DNA from: Candidatus Sericytochromatia bacterium
GTDB lineage: Bacteria; Cyanobacteriota; Sericytochromatia; S15B-MN24; UBA4093
Reading direction: 5' to 3'
DNA: 64,000 nucleotides
Assembly (NCBI GenBank): GCA_036676985.1
Contig: JAKFBU010000077.1
Span: 48,576 to 112,575 of the forward strand
How positions within the stretch are numbered: position 1 is the first letter of the stretch; every line of letters starts with the position of its first letter. A model generated the notes under the pieces. The model did not search any database, was not told the origin of the DNA, and saw only the letters and a program-made list of their open reading frames with translations. Below, one piece after another: positions 41,165 to 50,200 of the stretch. The position numbers and the translations under genes are program-made.

Positions 41165-41265
41165 GGTTGGACGGACCTGACGTCCGATATCCGGGTCAAT
41201 AATTGCTTGGGTAGTCATCCGAAATAGGCGTTTGTTCGAGTCTTTCCCGGGCCTGCCTATTAACA

Positions 41266-41340
41266 GGAGAAACAATCAGCCCCTCGTCTGCATATGAGGC
41301 GAGGGGCCTTTAGCGCGCCTGGCGAGACGACTATCGAACT
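41266..41340 (-). repeat. att-like junction R1 (hairpin + tRNA-Arg 3' half variant)
   Basis: GGAGAAACAATCAGCCCCTCGTCT-GCATATG-AGGCGAGGGGC then core TTAGCGCGCCTGGCGAGACGACTATCGAACT at 41310-41340. Confidence 0.9.
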
Positions 41341-41474
41341 TTCGTAACCGGGAATGGACCCATTAATCGGCCCGACACCTGAGCCTGGGCCCTTTGGGGG
41401 CATGTCATGTTGGTTGTCGCTTTCTGACACGGACACTTATTGCTAGAGTTTGCCTGAAAGGAGGACTAACGACA

Positions 41475-41753
41475 GTGCTTTCGAAAATCAAGCTTTCGCT
41501 CACCAGAATTGCCGTAGCTCTTTCTCTTATTTTCGCGATGAGTTTGCCAAGCGATGCGGGCAGAGGCTGTTGCTCCTGGCATGGAGGCGTGGCGGGATGC
41601 GACGAAACGGTTGGCCGCCTTGTGTGTAATGATGGGACATACTCTCCGAGCTGCACATGCGTGCGTAGTCTCCCTACGCCTGCGCCAGAACCTACGCTTA
41701 CGCCAGAGCCAATCCCTATGCCAACATCCGAAGACGAAGTGAGCAATCGGTAG
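41475..41753 (+). CDS. small secreted Cys-rich protein (cassette 1 cargo)
   Basis: AGGAGG RBS, GTG start, signal peptide, GRGCCSWHGGVAGC..VCNDGTYSPSCTC, Pro-rich tail. Confidence 0.75.
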   Translation: MLSKIKLSLTRIAVALSLIFAMSLPSDAGRGCCSWHGGVAGCDETVGRLVCNDGTYSPSCTCVRSLPTPAPEPTLTPEPIPMPTSEDEVSNR

Positions 41754-41839
41754 ACACCGCATTTGCATCAATTAATCGGTTATCCTCTATATCGGTCAAG
41801 GATTAGCCTCAAAGGGAATATCTGCATGGATGAAAAAGT

Positions 41840-41902
41840 GACCCCCCGCCTGCATTTGAGGCGAGGGGTCGTTAGCGCGCCTGGCGAGACGACTATCGAA
41901 CT
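41840..41902 (-). repeat. att-like junction R2
   Basis: GACCCCCCGCCT-GCATTTG-AGGCGAGGGGTC then identical 31-bp core at 41872-41902. Confidence 0.9.
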
Positions 41903-41914
41903 AACGTCTGCGCG

Positions 41915-42421
41915 TTATTGCGCCTGAAGCGTTACGTCTGAATTCCACAGATACTGAGCTTTTTGACCTGTTCCGCGCCGCCCGATCGTGCGGATGATCT
42001 CATCGCTGGCGAGGCCCAGTGAATGCAGTATTTCCCTGGCCCGGCTGATGGTGGGGTAAATCGAGGACGGGGACATGCCAGGGATTCCAACTTCGATGTC
42101 CTTAAGGGAGAGCGGGGTGCCTGCGTGTCGATAGAGTAGCCGAATGAGGTCCTCGACGCGGGGCGGGAGTAGGGCCCGCTTGCTTTTGTAACGCAAGGTG
42201 CCGGTAGTCAGCAGCAGGTCGCCTTCGCTTTTGGGAAGGGGAATGGGTGACGCCGTTGCCTCGGTGGCGATACGCTGAGTGTTGGGTCGGTCGTGCCCTG
42301 TCATGAGGCTTAGGGCCTGCTTGTAGGCAGCCACCCAGCCAAGGAATTGTTCCGGGGTCTGGTTCTGCTCCATGGCCTTTAGTAGGAGGTGCTCGATTAC
42401 CTCTTCCGGTGTTGTGCCCAT
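41915..42421 (-). CDS. OmpR-type winged-helix DNA-binding protein (cassette 2 cargo)
   Basis: LIRLLYRHAGTPLS..IYPTISRAREIL..IIRTIGRRG resembles Trans_reg_C; no receiver domain. Confidence 0.65.
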   Translation of the reverse strand: MGTTPEEVIEHLLLKAMEQNQTPEQFLGWVAAYKQALSLMTGHDRPNTQRIATEATASPIPLPKSEGDLLLTTGTLRYKSKRALLPPRVEDLIRLLYRHAGTPLSLKDIEVGIPGMSPSSIYPTISRAREILHSLGLASDEIIRTIGRRGTGQKAQYLWNSDVTLQAQ

Positions 42422-42743
42422 TGGCTTCCTCCCTCTGTTCAGCATCCACCCTGTTGCCACTATACACGACTAGCAAAGACTTAACACGTCTTGCTGGATA
42501 CTTTTGTTCGCGACTACTGAGGTGGCAAGCGTTCTCGATATCATCTGTCGTGCTGATTTTCGGAGTTGACCATAGGGCGAATGCATGATGAGGCTTGGCG
42601 TAACTACCAAGTTGACCAAGGTTTCGCATGATCGACGGGCTCAGTCTCCAGTATGGACGCCGACGTAATCCAAGGATAATGTGCTATTCTTGGATTCTAA
42701 GGGGCGAGGTCCAAGGTATCCAGACGAAACGCAGGAGGTGACA

Positions 42744-43982
42744 ATGGGCCGCCTTGTCGAACGTTATTGGGGATCAGACTGGGGTCGCATGGGAGGGCGA
42801 CGCGCGCGGCGCGGCTTCACGTACTTTGCGTATGTACCATCGACTGTCAGCGATCTGGAGCTGACGTTGCCCGCGGATCTCGCAGCTGAAATGATGGAGA
42901 CGGAAGCCCAACTAAGGGAATTACAGGGCGGCGCCAATCTACTGGGCCTCGAGTCGCTCAGCCGCCAGTTGCTCCGGGCCGAAAGTATCGCCTCGTCACG
43001 CATCGAGGGTCTCGAGCTTTCTCATCGCCGACTCGTCACGGCGCTCTACGATCCGGATGTCGCGGACGAGACTGCCCGTTTCGTCCTGGGAAACATCGCC
43101 GCCATGGAGTCGGCGATCCGACTTGCCACGGAATCACAGACGTTCGGCCTTACGGAACTCCTGGAGATCCATCGCCAGCTTCTGGAGCGTACGCCACTCC
43201 AGCGGATCGCCGGCCAAATCCGACTTGATCAGAACTGGATCGGGGGAGGGGCGGCAGGCCCACGCAACGCCGAATTCATACCGCCACCTGAGGACGAGGT
43301 GGAGGCCTTGCTCGAGGACTTGTGCGTCTTCATCGAACGAGACGACTTGCCTGCGATTGTCCAAGCGGCGATCGCACATGCCCAGTTCGAGACCATACAC
43401 CCTTTCGCCGATGGGAATGGGCGCGTCGGTCGTGCCCTTATTCATGCCATCCTGCGACGGCGAGGGGTTGCCACGACGATCGTTCCACCCATCAGCACCG
43501 TACTCGCCACCAACGGAGCGCGATACGTGCAAGGTCTCACCAGTTTCCGGGAAGAAAACACGCTCGATTGGTGCACATTCTTCACCCGGGTGGTGGCAAG
43601 CGCGGTCCAGCACTCAAACGATCTCGCCCATCGCCTAACCGCCCTTCAGGCCCGCTGGCATGAACAGGCCCATCATCCTCGTCGCAACTCGACCGCCGAA
43701 AAGCTCATTCAATCATTGCCCTCCAGTCCCGTGTTGGATATCCGCCTCGCGGCCGAGGTGGCTCAGGTGAGTGAAGAAGCGGCTCGTTTGGCTATCAATG
43801 CGCTCGCTGAGGCTGATGTCTTGAGTCCCATTCGGGTCGGGCGACGTAGGGGCCAGGCATGGGAGGCCAAGGAGATCGTGGCCTTACTTGATAACTTCGA
43901 ATGGGACCTCACGACTCCGACTCAACCCGAGCAACCGCGTCGTCGATCGCCTCGTCGTCGAGTCGTCCCGATGGAGAAATGA
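42744..43982 (+). CDS. Fic family protein (cassette 2 cargo)
   Basis: canonical HPFADGNGRVGR motif, ESIASSRIEG inhibitory-type helix, C-terminal HTH; AGGAGG RBS. Confidence 0.93.
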   Translation: MGRLVERYWGSDWGRMGGRRARRGFTYFAYVPSTVSDLELTLPADLAAEMMETEAQLRELQGGANLLGLESLSRQLLRAESIASSRIEGLELSHRRLVTALYDPDVADETARFVLGNIAAMESAIRLATESQTFGLTELLEIHRQLLERTPLQRIAGQIRLDQNWIGGGAAGPRNAEFIPPPEDEVEALLEDLCVFIERDDLPAIVQAAIAHAQFETIHPFADGNGRVGRALIHAILRRRGVATTIVPPISTVLATNGARYVQGLTSFREENTLDWCTFFTRVVASAVQHSNDLAHRLTALQARWHEQAHHPRRNSTAEKLIQSLPSSPVLDIRLAAEVAQVSEEAARLAINALAEADVLSPIRVGRRRGQAWEAKEIVALLDNFEWDLTTPTQPEQPRRRSPRRRVVPMEK

Positions 43983-44047
43983 GCGGCCCCCCGCCTAAGA
44001 TGCAGGCGGGGGGCCGTTAGCGCGCCTGGCGAGACGACTATCGAACC
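43973..44047 (-). repeat. att-like junction R3
   Basis: GGAGAAATGAGCGGCCCCCCGCCT-AAGATGC-AGGCGGGGGGCCG then core 44017-44047 (30/31 identical). Confidence 0.9.
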
Positions 44048-44189
44048 TTGGTAGCCAGGTTAAGTGATTTGCCGATCCGTCCTAACGCCTAAACTGGCCG
44101 TGTTTTCCTGGACGACGCTAGCCTTGGGGGCGGCTTTTAACTCGCCCAAGCCAATGAAGTCGAATCGCAGCATTGGCGAGGGGCAGACG

Positions 44190-45668
44190 CTACACGTTGG
44201 AATAGGCTCGCGTGCGCGCCACCCAGGCCATGACGTCCTCCTTGGGAGGCAAGTCTTGCAAGTCGATCAATGAGAGTTCGTCTTTCGAAATCGATTGGGA
44301 CGCTACTAGACGATTGGCATGACGCTCGAGGATCTTCTCGAAAAAGTTTCTGACTTCGCGTGCATTGCCAAAACCAGGTCCTTTGTTCTTGTAGACGTAG
44401 TCGAGAATGACTTTCGTCCCCTGAACACATCGCGGGGTCAATACATAGCCCGAATCTTCGGCCATTTTGAGGAGGATTGTATGCAGTTCCTCGGATGAGT
44501 AATCCGTAAATTCGATGTATTTGTTGAATCGCGAGCGCAGCCCCGGATTAGATTCGATAAAGTCCACCATTTTCTCGGAATAGCCAGCCACGATGACCAC
44601 TAGGTCATCCCGCCGGTCCTCCATGAGCTTCAAAAGGGTGTCGATGGCTTCACGGCCAAAGTCATTGTCACTGCCCTTTGGCGCGAGCGAATAAGCCTCA
44701 TCGATGAACAAGACGCCGCCGACAGCGCGTGAGACTACGTCACGCGTCTTGATCGCGGTCTGACCCACGTACCCCGCGACAAGACCGGATCGATCGACTT
44801 CGATCAAATGCCCCTTTGAAAGCAAGCCCAGCGAGCGGTAAACGTGCGCGAGGAGGCGGGCCACCGTCGTCTTGCCCGTGCCGGGATTACCCGAAAAGAC
44901 GAGGTGCAGAGAAAGCGGAGGAACTGGTAGCCCCGCCTGCTCACGAAGCTGGCGGACGCGTAAGAGGTTCGTCAGGGTCAAAACGTCTTGCTTGACCGGA
45001 CCCAAGCCCACCAATCGACTCAGCTGCTCCTGCAACTCCTCCCAACTCCTGGCAGGCTCCTGCTCGACCTGACTATCCTCTTGGAATTCGTCGTCCTCCT
45101 CATCGTCGAATGCTACCCGTATTCCGGTGCCGTCATCGGAAACGATCTCGATCTCGGCATCGCCATCCTCGACGTACACGCCGTTCATGCGGCAGATGAC
45201 CTGAAAGCTAGAGATTGTTTGGTTGAGGAGATCGAGCTCGCTTTCCGTGATTTTTCCGTCAATCGCGATGAGAGTCTTGCCAAGAACCTCGAACAATCCG
45301 ATTATGGCGTTCGCCATGGTGTTGTCCAGGTCCTTATCGCTTTCAATGGCTGCTTTTAGCAGCTGCGGAAAGCGAATGTGGTGATCGATTTCATCGGACA
45401 GAAAGGACTCGATGTAGCGGATCATATCTGCCTTGGAAAAGTCCAGATCCAACATCGTGCAGATGAGCTGATGCTCCTCGTCCGACAGATATTCGTCAGC
45501 CGATACGAGCAGGGCCGAAAAATAGAATAGGTTCTTGACGGTGACTTCCGACGGGTCCATATTCCGGACGATAAGGCGACTCCAGTAGCCTGCTTCCTTG
45601 AGGTTCTGAGCGCACTCGATGAGCTTTGTGGCGATGTGTTTGGCTTCTGCAACCTTCTGGGCGTTCAT
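44190..45668 (-). CDS. CbbX/SpoVK-type AAA+ ATPase with N-terminal TerB-like helical domain (cassette 3 cargo)
   Basis: HLVFSGNPGTGKTTVAR, YVGQTA, LFIDEAYSL, SNPGLRSRF, GNAREVRN; N-term ADEYLSDEE and AIDGKITESE TerB-like motifs. Confidence 0.88.
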   Translation of the reverse strand: MNAQKVAEAKHIATKLIECAQNLKEAGYWSRLIVRNMDPSEVTVKNLFYFSALLVSADEYLSDEEHQLICTMLDLDFSKADMIRYIESFLSDEIDHHIRFPQLLKAAIESDKDLDNTMANAIIGLFEVLGKTLIAIDGKITESELDLLNQTISSFQVICRMNGVYVEDGDAEIEIVSDDGTGIRVAFDDEEDDEFQEDSQVEQEPARSWEELQEQLSRLVGLGPVKQDVLTLTNLLRVRQLREQAGLPVPPLSLHLVFSGNPGTGKTTVARLLAHVYRSLGLLSKGHLIEVDRSGLVAGYVGQTAIKTRDVVSRAVGGVLFIDEAYSLAPKGSDNDFGREAIDTLLKLMEDRRDDLVVIVAGYSEKMVDFIESNPGLRSRFNKYIEFTDYSSEELHTILLKMAEDSGYVLTPRCVQGTKVILDYVYKNKGPGFGNAREVRNFFEKILERHANRLVASQSISKDELSLIDLQDLPPKEDVMAWVARTRAYSNV

Positions 45669-45684
45669 CTTGAAAAATTCCTGC

Positions 45685-46638
45685 TTATACTAGGCCATAT
45701 TCGCGGAACAATTTCATCAGTTCATTCCCATCGAGAAGTATTACTTGATTCTGTTGGGCATACTCGATGGCATCCGGTGATGTCTCGCCATTTGTGATGT
45801 AGACAATCTTGTCAAAGTTTCGGTTCCCCTTGGCAGAGAAAGGCATCATAAGCTGAAAGCGGGTGATGTACTCGTCTTCCCGAAAGTAGATGAGCCACTC
45901 TTGGCCCGACTCGAAGTGGCCGATCAGTTGCACGGCCTCATCCACATAACCAAGTTTCTCGAGCCGGCAGCGGAGTTTTCGAAATAGTTGAAAAACGAGC
46001 AGCTCCAAGCCTGATGTAGTTTCAGGCAAGGCCATGTCTTCACCAAAGGCGTCCACGTTCTCCAAATTGCCTGCCGTGCCTGCAATGAGTGCGTTGTTGT
46101 TTCTGGGCTTGGTTGGAGCCACGGGTGCCGCGTCGCTGCCGGAGGCAGCTTCTCGCTTTGGCGCCTTTTGCGGCTTGTGAGCATTGGATGGCGTTGGCTC
46201 TTGCCCCGTGCTCTCGGGTGGCGGAGCCACATAGTGTCCCAACGTAAGGAGGATCGTTCCGATTACGCAGGTGCTGAACCAGGCTGCTTGCCAGTCTGAG
46301 AAGCGGAATAACAGTTGTATCGGCAGAAAGAGGATCGCCGATACAACGAAGGCTCCAACAGCGACTTCCAGCGTAGTGAAGGGCTTGGAATCGACCGATG
46401 GTGCTTCCACTGCCTGGTTGGTCGAAGCCTTGAACGAGCGACCCGTCTTGGATTTCTGGCCATGGTTCACGGTGTAGGAAACGCCCGTTCCTGGCAACGA
46501 AACGGTAGTGCGGCTCCCATTCTTGCCTACGGTGTGCTTAAAGCCTTTTCCACCGAATGTCGTAGAAATCCCGCTCTTGCTGAAGTTAAGCGTGACGCCG
46601 GGCATCAGTTTTAGCCGACGTGAGAATCTAAATCCCAT
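45685..46638 (-). CDS. DUF4236 - 2TM - Mrr-like restriction endonuclease domain protein (cassette 3 cargo)
   Basis: N-term MGFRFSRRLKLMPGVTLNFSKSGIS..SLPGTGVSY (DUF4236); C-term ITNGETSPDAIEYA..LLDGNEL (Mrr_cat-like). Confidence 0.8.
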   Translation of the reverse strand: MGFRFSRRLKLMPGVTLNFSKSGISTTFGGKGFKHTVGKNGSRTTVSLPGTGVSYTVNHGQKSKTGRSFKASTNQAVEAPSVDSKPFTTLEVAVGAFVVSAILFLPIQLLFRFSDWQAAWFSTCVIGTILLTLGHYVAPPPESTGQEPTPSNAHKPQKAPKREAASGSDAAPVAPTKPRNNNALIAGTAGNLENVDAFGEDMALPETTSGLELLVFQLFRKLRCRLEKLGYVDEAVQLIGHFESGQEWLIYFREDEYITRFQLMMPFSAKGNRNFDKIVYITNGETSPDAIEYAQQNQVILLDGNELMKLFREYGLV

Positions 46639-47230
46639 GGAACCTCGTGATGCAGATAGAAGATCTCGTCATTTGATCGGTATACCCGATCATTGGTTAA
46701 TCGAAAGTAGAACAAATTTTCAAGCAGGACGGCAAGATAGGGGCAGCTTTCCTGCCTTTCACTGAAGTGGCCTCTTGGTTGGTTGAGAACTGCTGACCGA
46801 TATGGCCGGGTGACCTCCCCCGGAACCTTGGCTGTAGGGGATAACAGTCCTTGCTTGGGCTACGGTAAAGTGAGAGTGTCGCTCCGCGGTTGAGGTCCTT
46901 CCGAGGCGGTAAAACGGCCCAGCGGCTCTGTCGCTGGACCAAGGCGCGCTTGGAGAGGAAACGTTCGACCATTGGTCATCGGGTCATTGCGCTGGCGGGG
47001 AGATTAAGTCCTGACTAGGCCTCTGTTTCGGGGACCATGGCCGTAGGGCAGATTCGTCCTTGAGCGAGGTCTACCGAACCGCTGTCGGGAGTTCTACTTC
47101 ACTGCCTGTTCGGCGTGCGTCGCGTCGAGTGAGGCGGTTGGTCGGTCAAAGGTCGCGCCTCGGCTGCCTCCTGTTGGGGGCAATCGTCCATAAACGACGC
47201 GACGGCAGCGCTTCTGGGCCACCCTTGCGC

Positions 47231-47259
47231 TTGGAAAAGAGTGCTTGCCTGGGCATAAT
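47231..47259 (+). promoter_or_regulatory. sigma70-like promoter
   Basis: TTGGAA-N17-CATAAT upstream of GGAGGAGG RBS. Confidence 0.5.
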
Positions 47260-47289
47260 GGAAGGGCCCCACGCCCGGAGGAGGATGCC

Positions 47290-50200
47290 ATTTCAAGTCT
47301 GGTCCCTACCGTTGCAGGATACGTTCCCGACCTCTTGCTGACGTGGCCCGGATGGCATGCGGTCCCCGAGGCACGGATCGAGCGGTTACCGGGTGTCGTC
47401 CTCTTGGGGGACATCAGCGGCTTTACGGCCTTGACCGAGCGCCTGGCGCAGACGGGCACCGCCAGCGCCGAGCAACTCACGGACATCCTCAATGCCACCT
47501 TCGGACAGCTCATCGACGTCGTGTACCGCCTGGGCGGAGACGTCCTGAAGTTCGCGGGAGACGCCTTGCTTGCCGTTTGGCCTGCCACGGTTCACCCGGA
47601 TGGTCTCTCTGGGGCGCTCAACCTGGCCATCCAGTGCGGGCTCGAGATGCAGGCCCTCATGCAGGCATCGCCCTCCAACCACGAGCACCTGGCGCTGCGC
47701 GTCTCGATCGGGGCAGGGGACATCGCCATTGGAAAGGTCGGGGGAGAACGCAATCGCTGGGAGTTGCTTATCGCCGGCGATCCGCTCGCCGAGATCACGC
47801 AGATCGAGCCCGATGGTGCCCCCGGTCAGGTCCTGCTCTCAGCAGACGACGTCCCGCTGGTGGCGACGGACGTCCTGGGCCAACTCGTCTCGCCTCTCGC
47901 CTTTCGGATTGACGGCTTGCGCCGACGCTTGGTACCCGCGCCTCGAGTCGGCGGTCCGGCTGAACCGGAGATCGATGGATTGTTGGCCTTTGTGCCCGGA
48001 TCGATCCGGTCGCGTCTGGAGGCCGGGCAGACCGGCTGGCTCGCCGAGATGCGCCAGGTCTCGGTCGTCTTCATCAACTTGCCGGAGATGGGGAGCTTGG
48101 CCTCTCTCGACCGGGTCCAGGAGGTCTTTCGAGCGATCCAGGGGTGTCTCTATCGCTACGAAGGCAGCCTCAACAAGCTCAGCGTGGACGAAAAGGGCGT
48201 CTCGATCCTGGGGGCGTTCGGCCTCCCGCCGCTTGCCCATGAGGACGATCCGCTGCGGGCCCTGCAGGCGGCAAGCGATATCTGGAAGACCCTGAGTGCG
48301 CTCGGGGTACGAGCGGCCGTCGGCCTTGCCACCGGGCGGGTCTTCTGTGGTGAGGTCGGCAACGCCCGGCGCCGCGAGTACACGGTCATCGGGGATACGG
48401 TGAATCTGGCGGCACGCCTGATGCAGGCCGCAAAGCAGGGGATCCTGTGCGACGAGGCGACCCGCCTGGCCGCTCGCGATCGCTGGAGCTTCGAGGAACT
48501 GACGCCGGTTGCCTTCAAGGGCAAGGCGAAAGTGGTCTCGGTGTTTCGTCCCTTGCACATTGCGGCCCCCAAACGCCGCCGCGAGGGGCGCCTGATCGGC
48601 CGCGAGAAGGAGCTCGCAGCGCTCATCCCGCTTCAGGACGCCTTGCTCACCGGAGAGGCCACCCCGCTGGTTTGGCTCGAGGGCGAGCCGGGCATCGGGA
48701 AGTCCTACCTGGTGGACACCTTGATGCAGTCCGCCCGATCCCGGGGCCTCGCGTGCCTCCACGGTGCAGGGGACGCCATCGAGCGCGTCAGCCCCTACCG
48801 CGCCTGGCTTCCCATCCTGCACGCGATCGTCCTCGGAGACGTGGCTCCTCAGTTCCCAAACCGCGTCGAGGCGAGGCTCGAAACGCTCCTCGGCGATCGC
48901 TCCGACTTGTGGCCCATGCGATCGCTCCTCAACGCGCTGTTGCCGATCGACCTGCCCGGGAACGATGCGGTGCAGGGCCTCGATGCCACCTTGAGGGCAC
49001 AGATCACCCGCGACCTGCTCGTCGCCTTGATCCGCGGGTATGCGAGCACTCGACCCTGCATGCTGATCCTCGAAGATGCCCACTGGTTCGATTCGGCCTC
49101 GTGGCACCTCATGGCCCAGGTGGTCGCGTCCGATCGCCCTCTCTTGCTCGTCGTGACGACCCGTCCGAGCAGCCCGGTCCCCGCGGAGCTCACCGGCACC
49201 TTGAAGGGCCCCCACACACGCACCCTGCGGCTCGGCCCCCTCGAGCCGCAGGAGATCGAGGCGGTCGTGTGCGCTCGGCTGGGCGTAACGGCGCTCTCGG
49301 AACCCCTGGGGCACTTCATCCGAGAGCGCACGGAAGGCAATCCCTTCTTCAGCGAGGAGCTGGCGCTCGCTCTGCGGGAGGCGGGTCACCTGGAGCACGT
49401 CGCGGGCGAGCTACGCCTGGCGCCGACCGCTGACCCCGCCCGCTTGGACCTGCCGACCAACTTGGAGGGAATCGTCACCAGTCGACTCGATCGGTTGCCG
49501 CCGTCCCCGCAACTTCTGGCCAAGGTGGCGAGCGTCATCGGCCGCTCCTTTACCCTCGAGATGCTGACGGAGGTCTTACCGCTGGTCGACGCGCGCGAAC
49601 GCCTGCCGGAGTGGCTCGAAGAGCTCGTGGCCCTGGAGATCGTGAGCCCCGACCCGCTGGCCGACGGTCCTGCGTATCGGTTCCGGCATGCCATCACGCA
49701 CCACGTGACCTATCACTTGCTGGTGCCTAGCCAGCGACAAGCCTTGCACAGGGCCGTGGCCACGTATCTGGAGGCCGGGCCCGATCAGCGCGACCAGCTG
49801 CCCCACCTCACGCTTTTGGCCCATCACTGGGTGCAGGCCGACGATGTGGAACGCGCCTTTCCCTACCTCGAGCGGGCTGGCGACCATGCCCTCGCGACCA
49901 GTGCCCATCTCGAAGCCATAGAGTGTTACTCGCAGGCCTTGGCGCTGGCCGATCAGGGGCGGCTAGGCGTCGAGGCGGACACGATCATCCGGTTGCACGA
50001 CCGCCTGGGAGAGGCGTGTTTTGGTCTGGGGCGCATGACCGAGGCTCGGCAGCACCTGGAGCAGGGGCTGGCTAGACTTGGTCTTCCGATCGCAGAGACA
50101 TGGTCAGGGATCGGCAAGGGCATCACCAGCGAGATCTGGGCGCAGGTCGTGCAATGCTGGAAGCTTCCGTGGGGATGCCGCTCTAATTCCCTGTCGCAGG

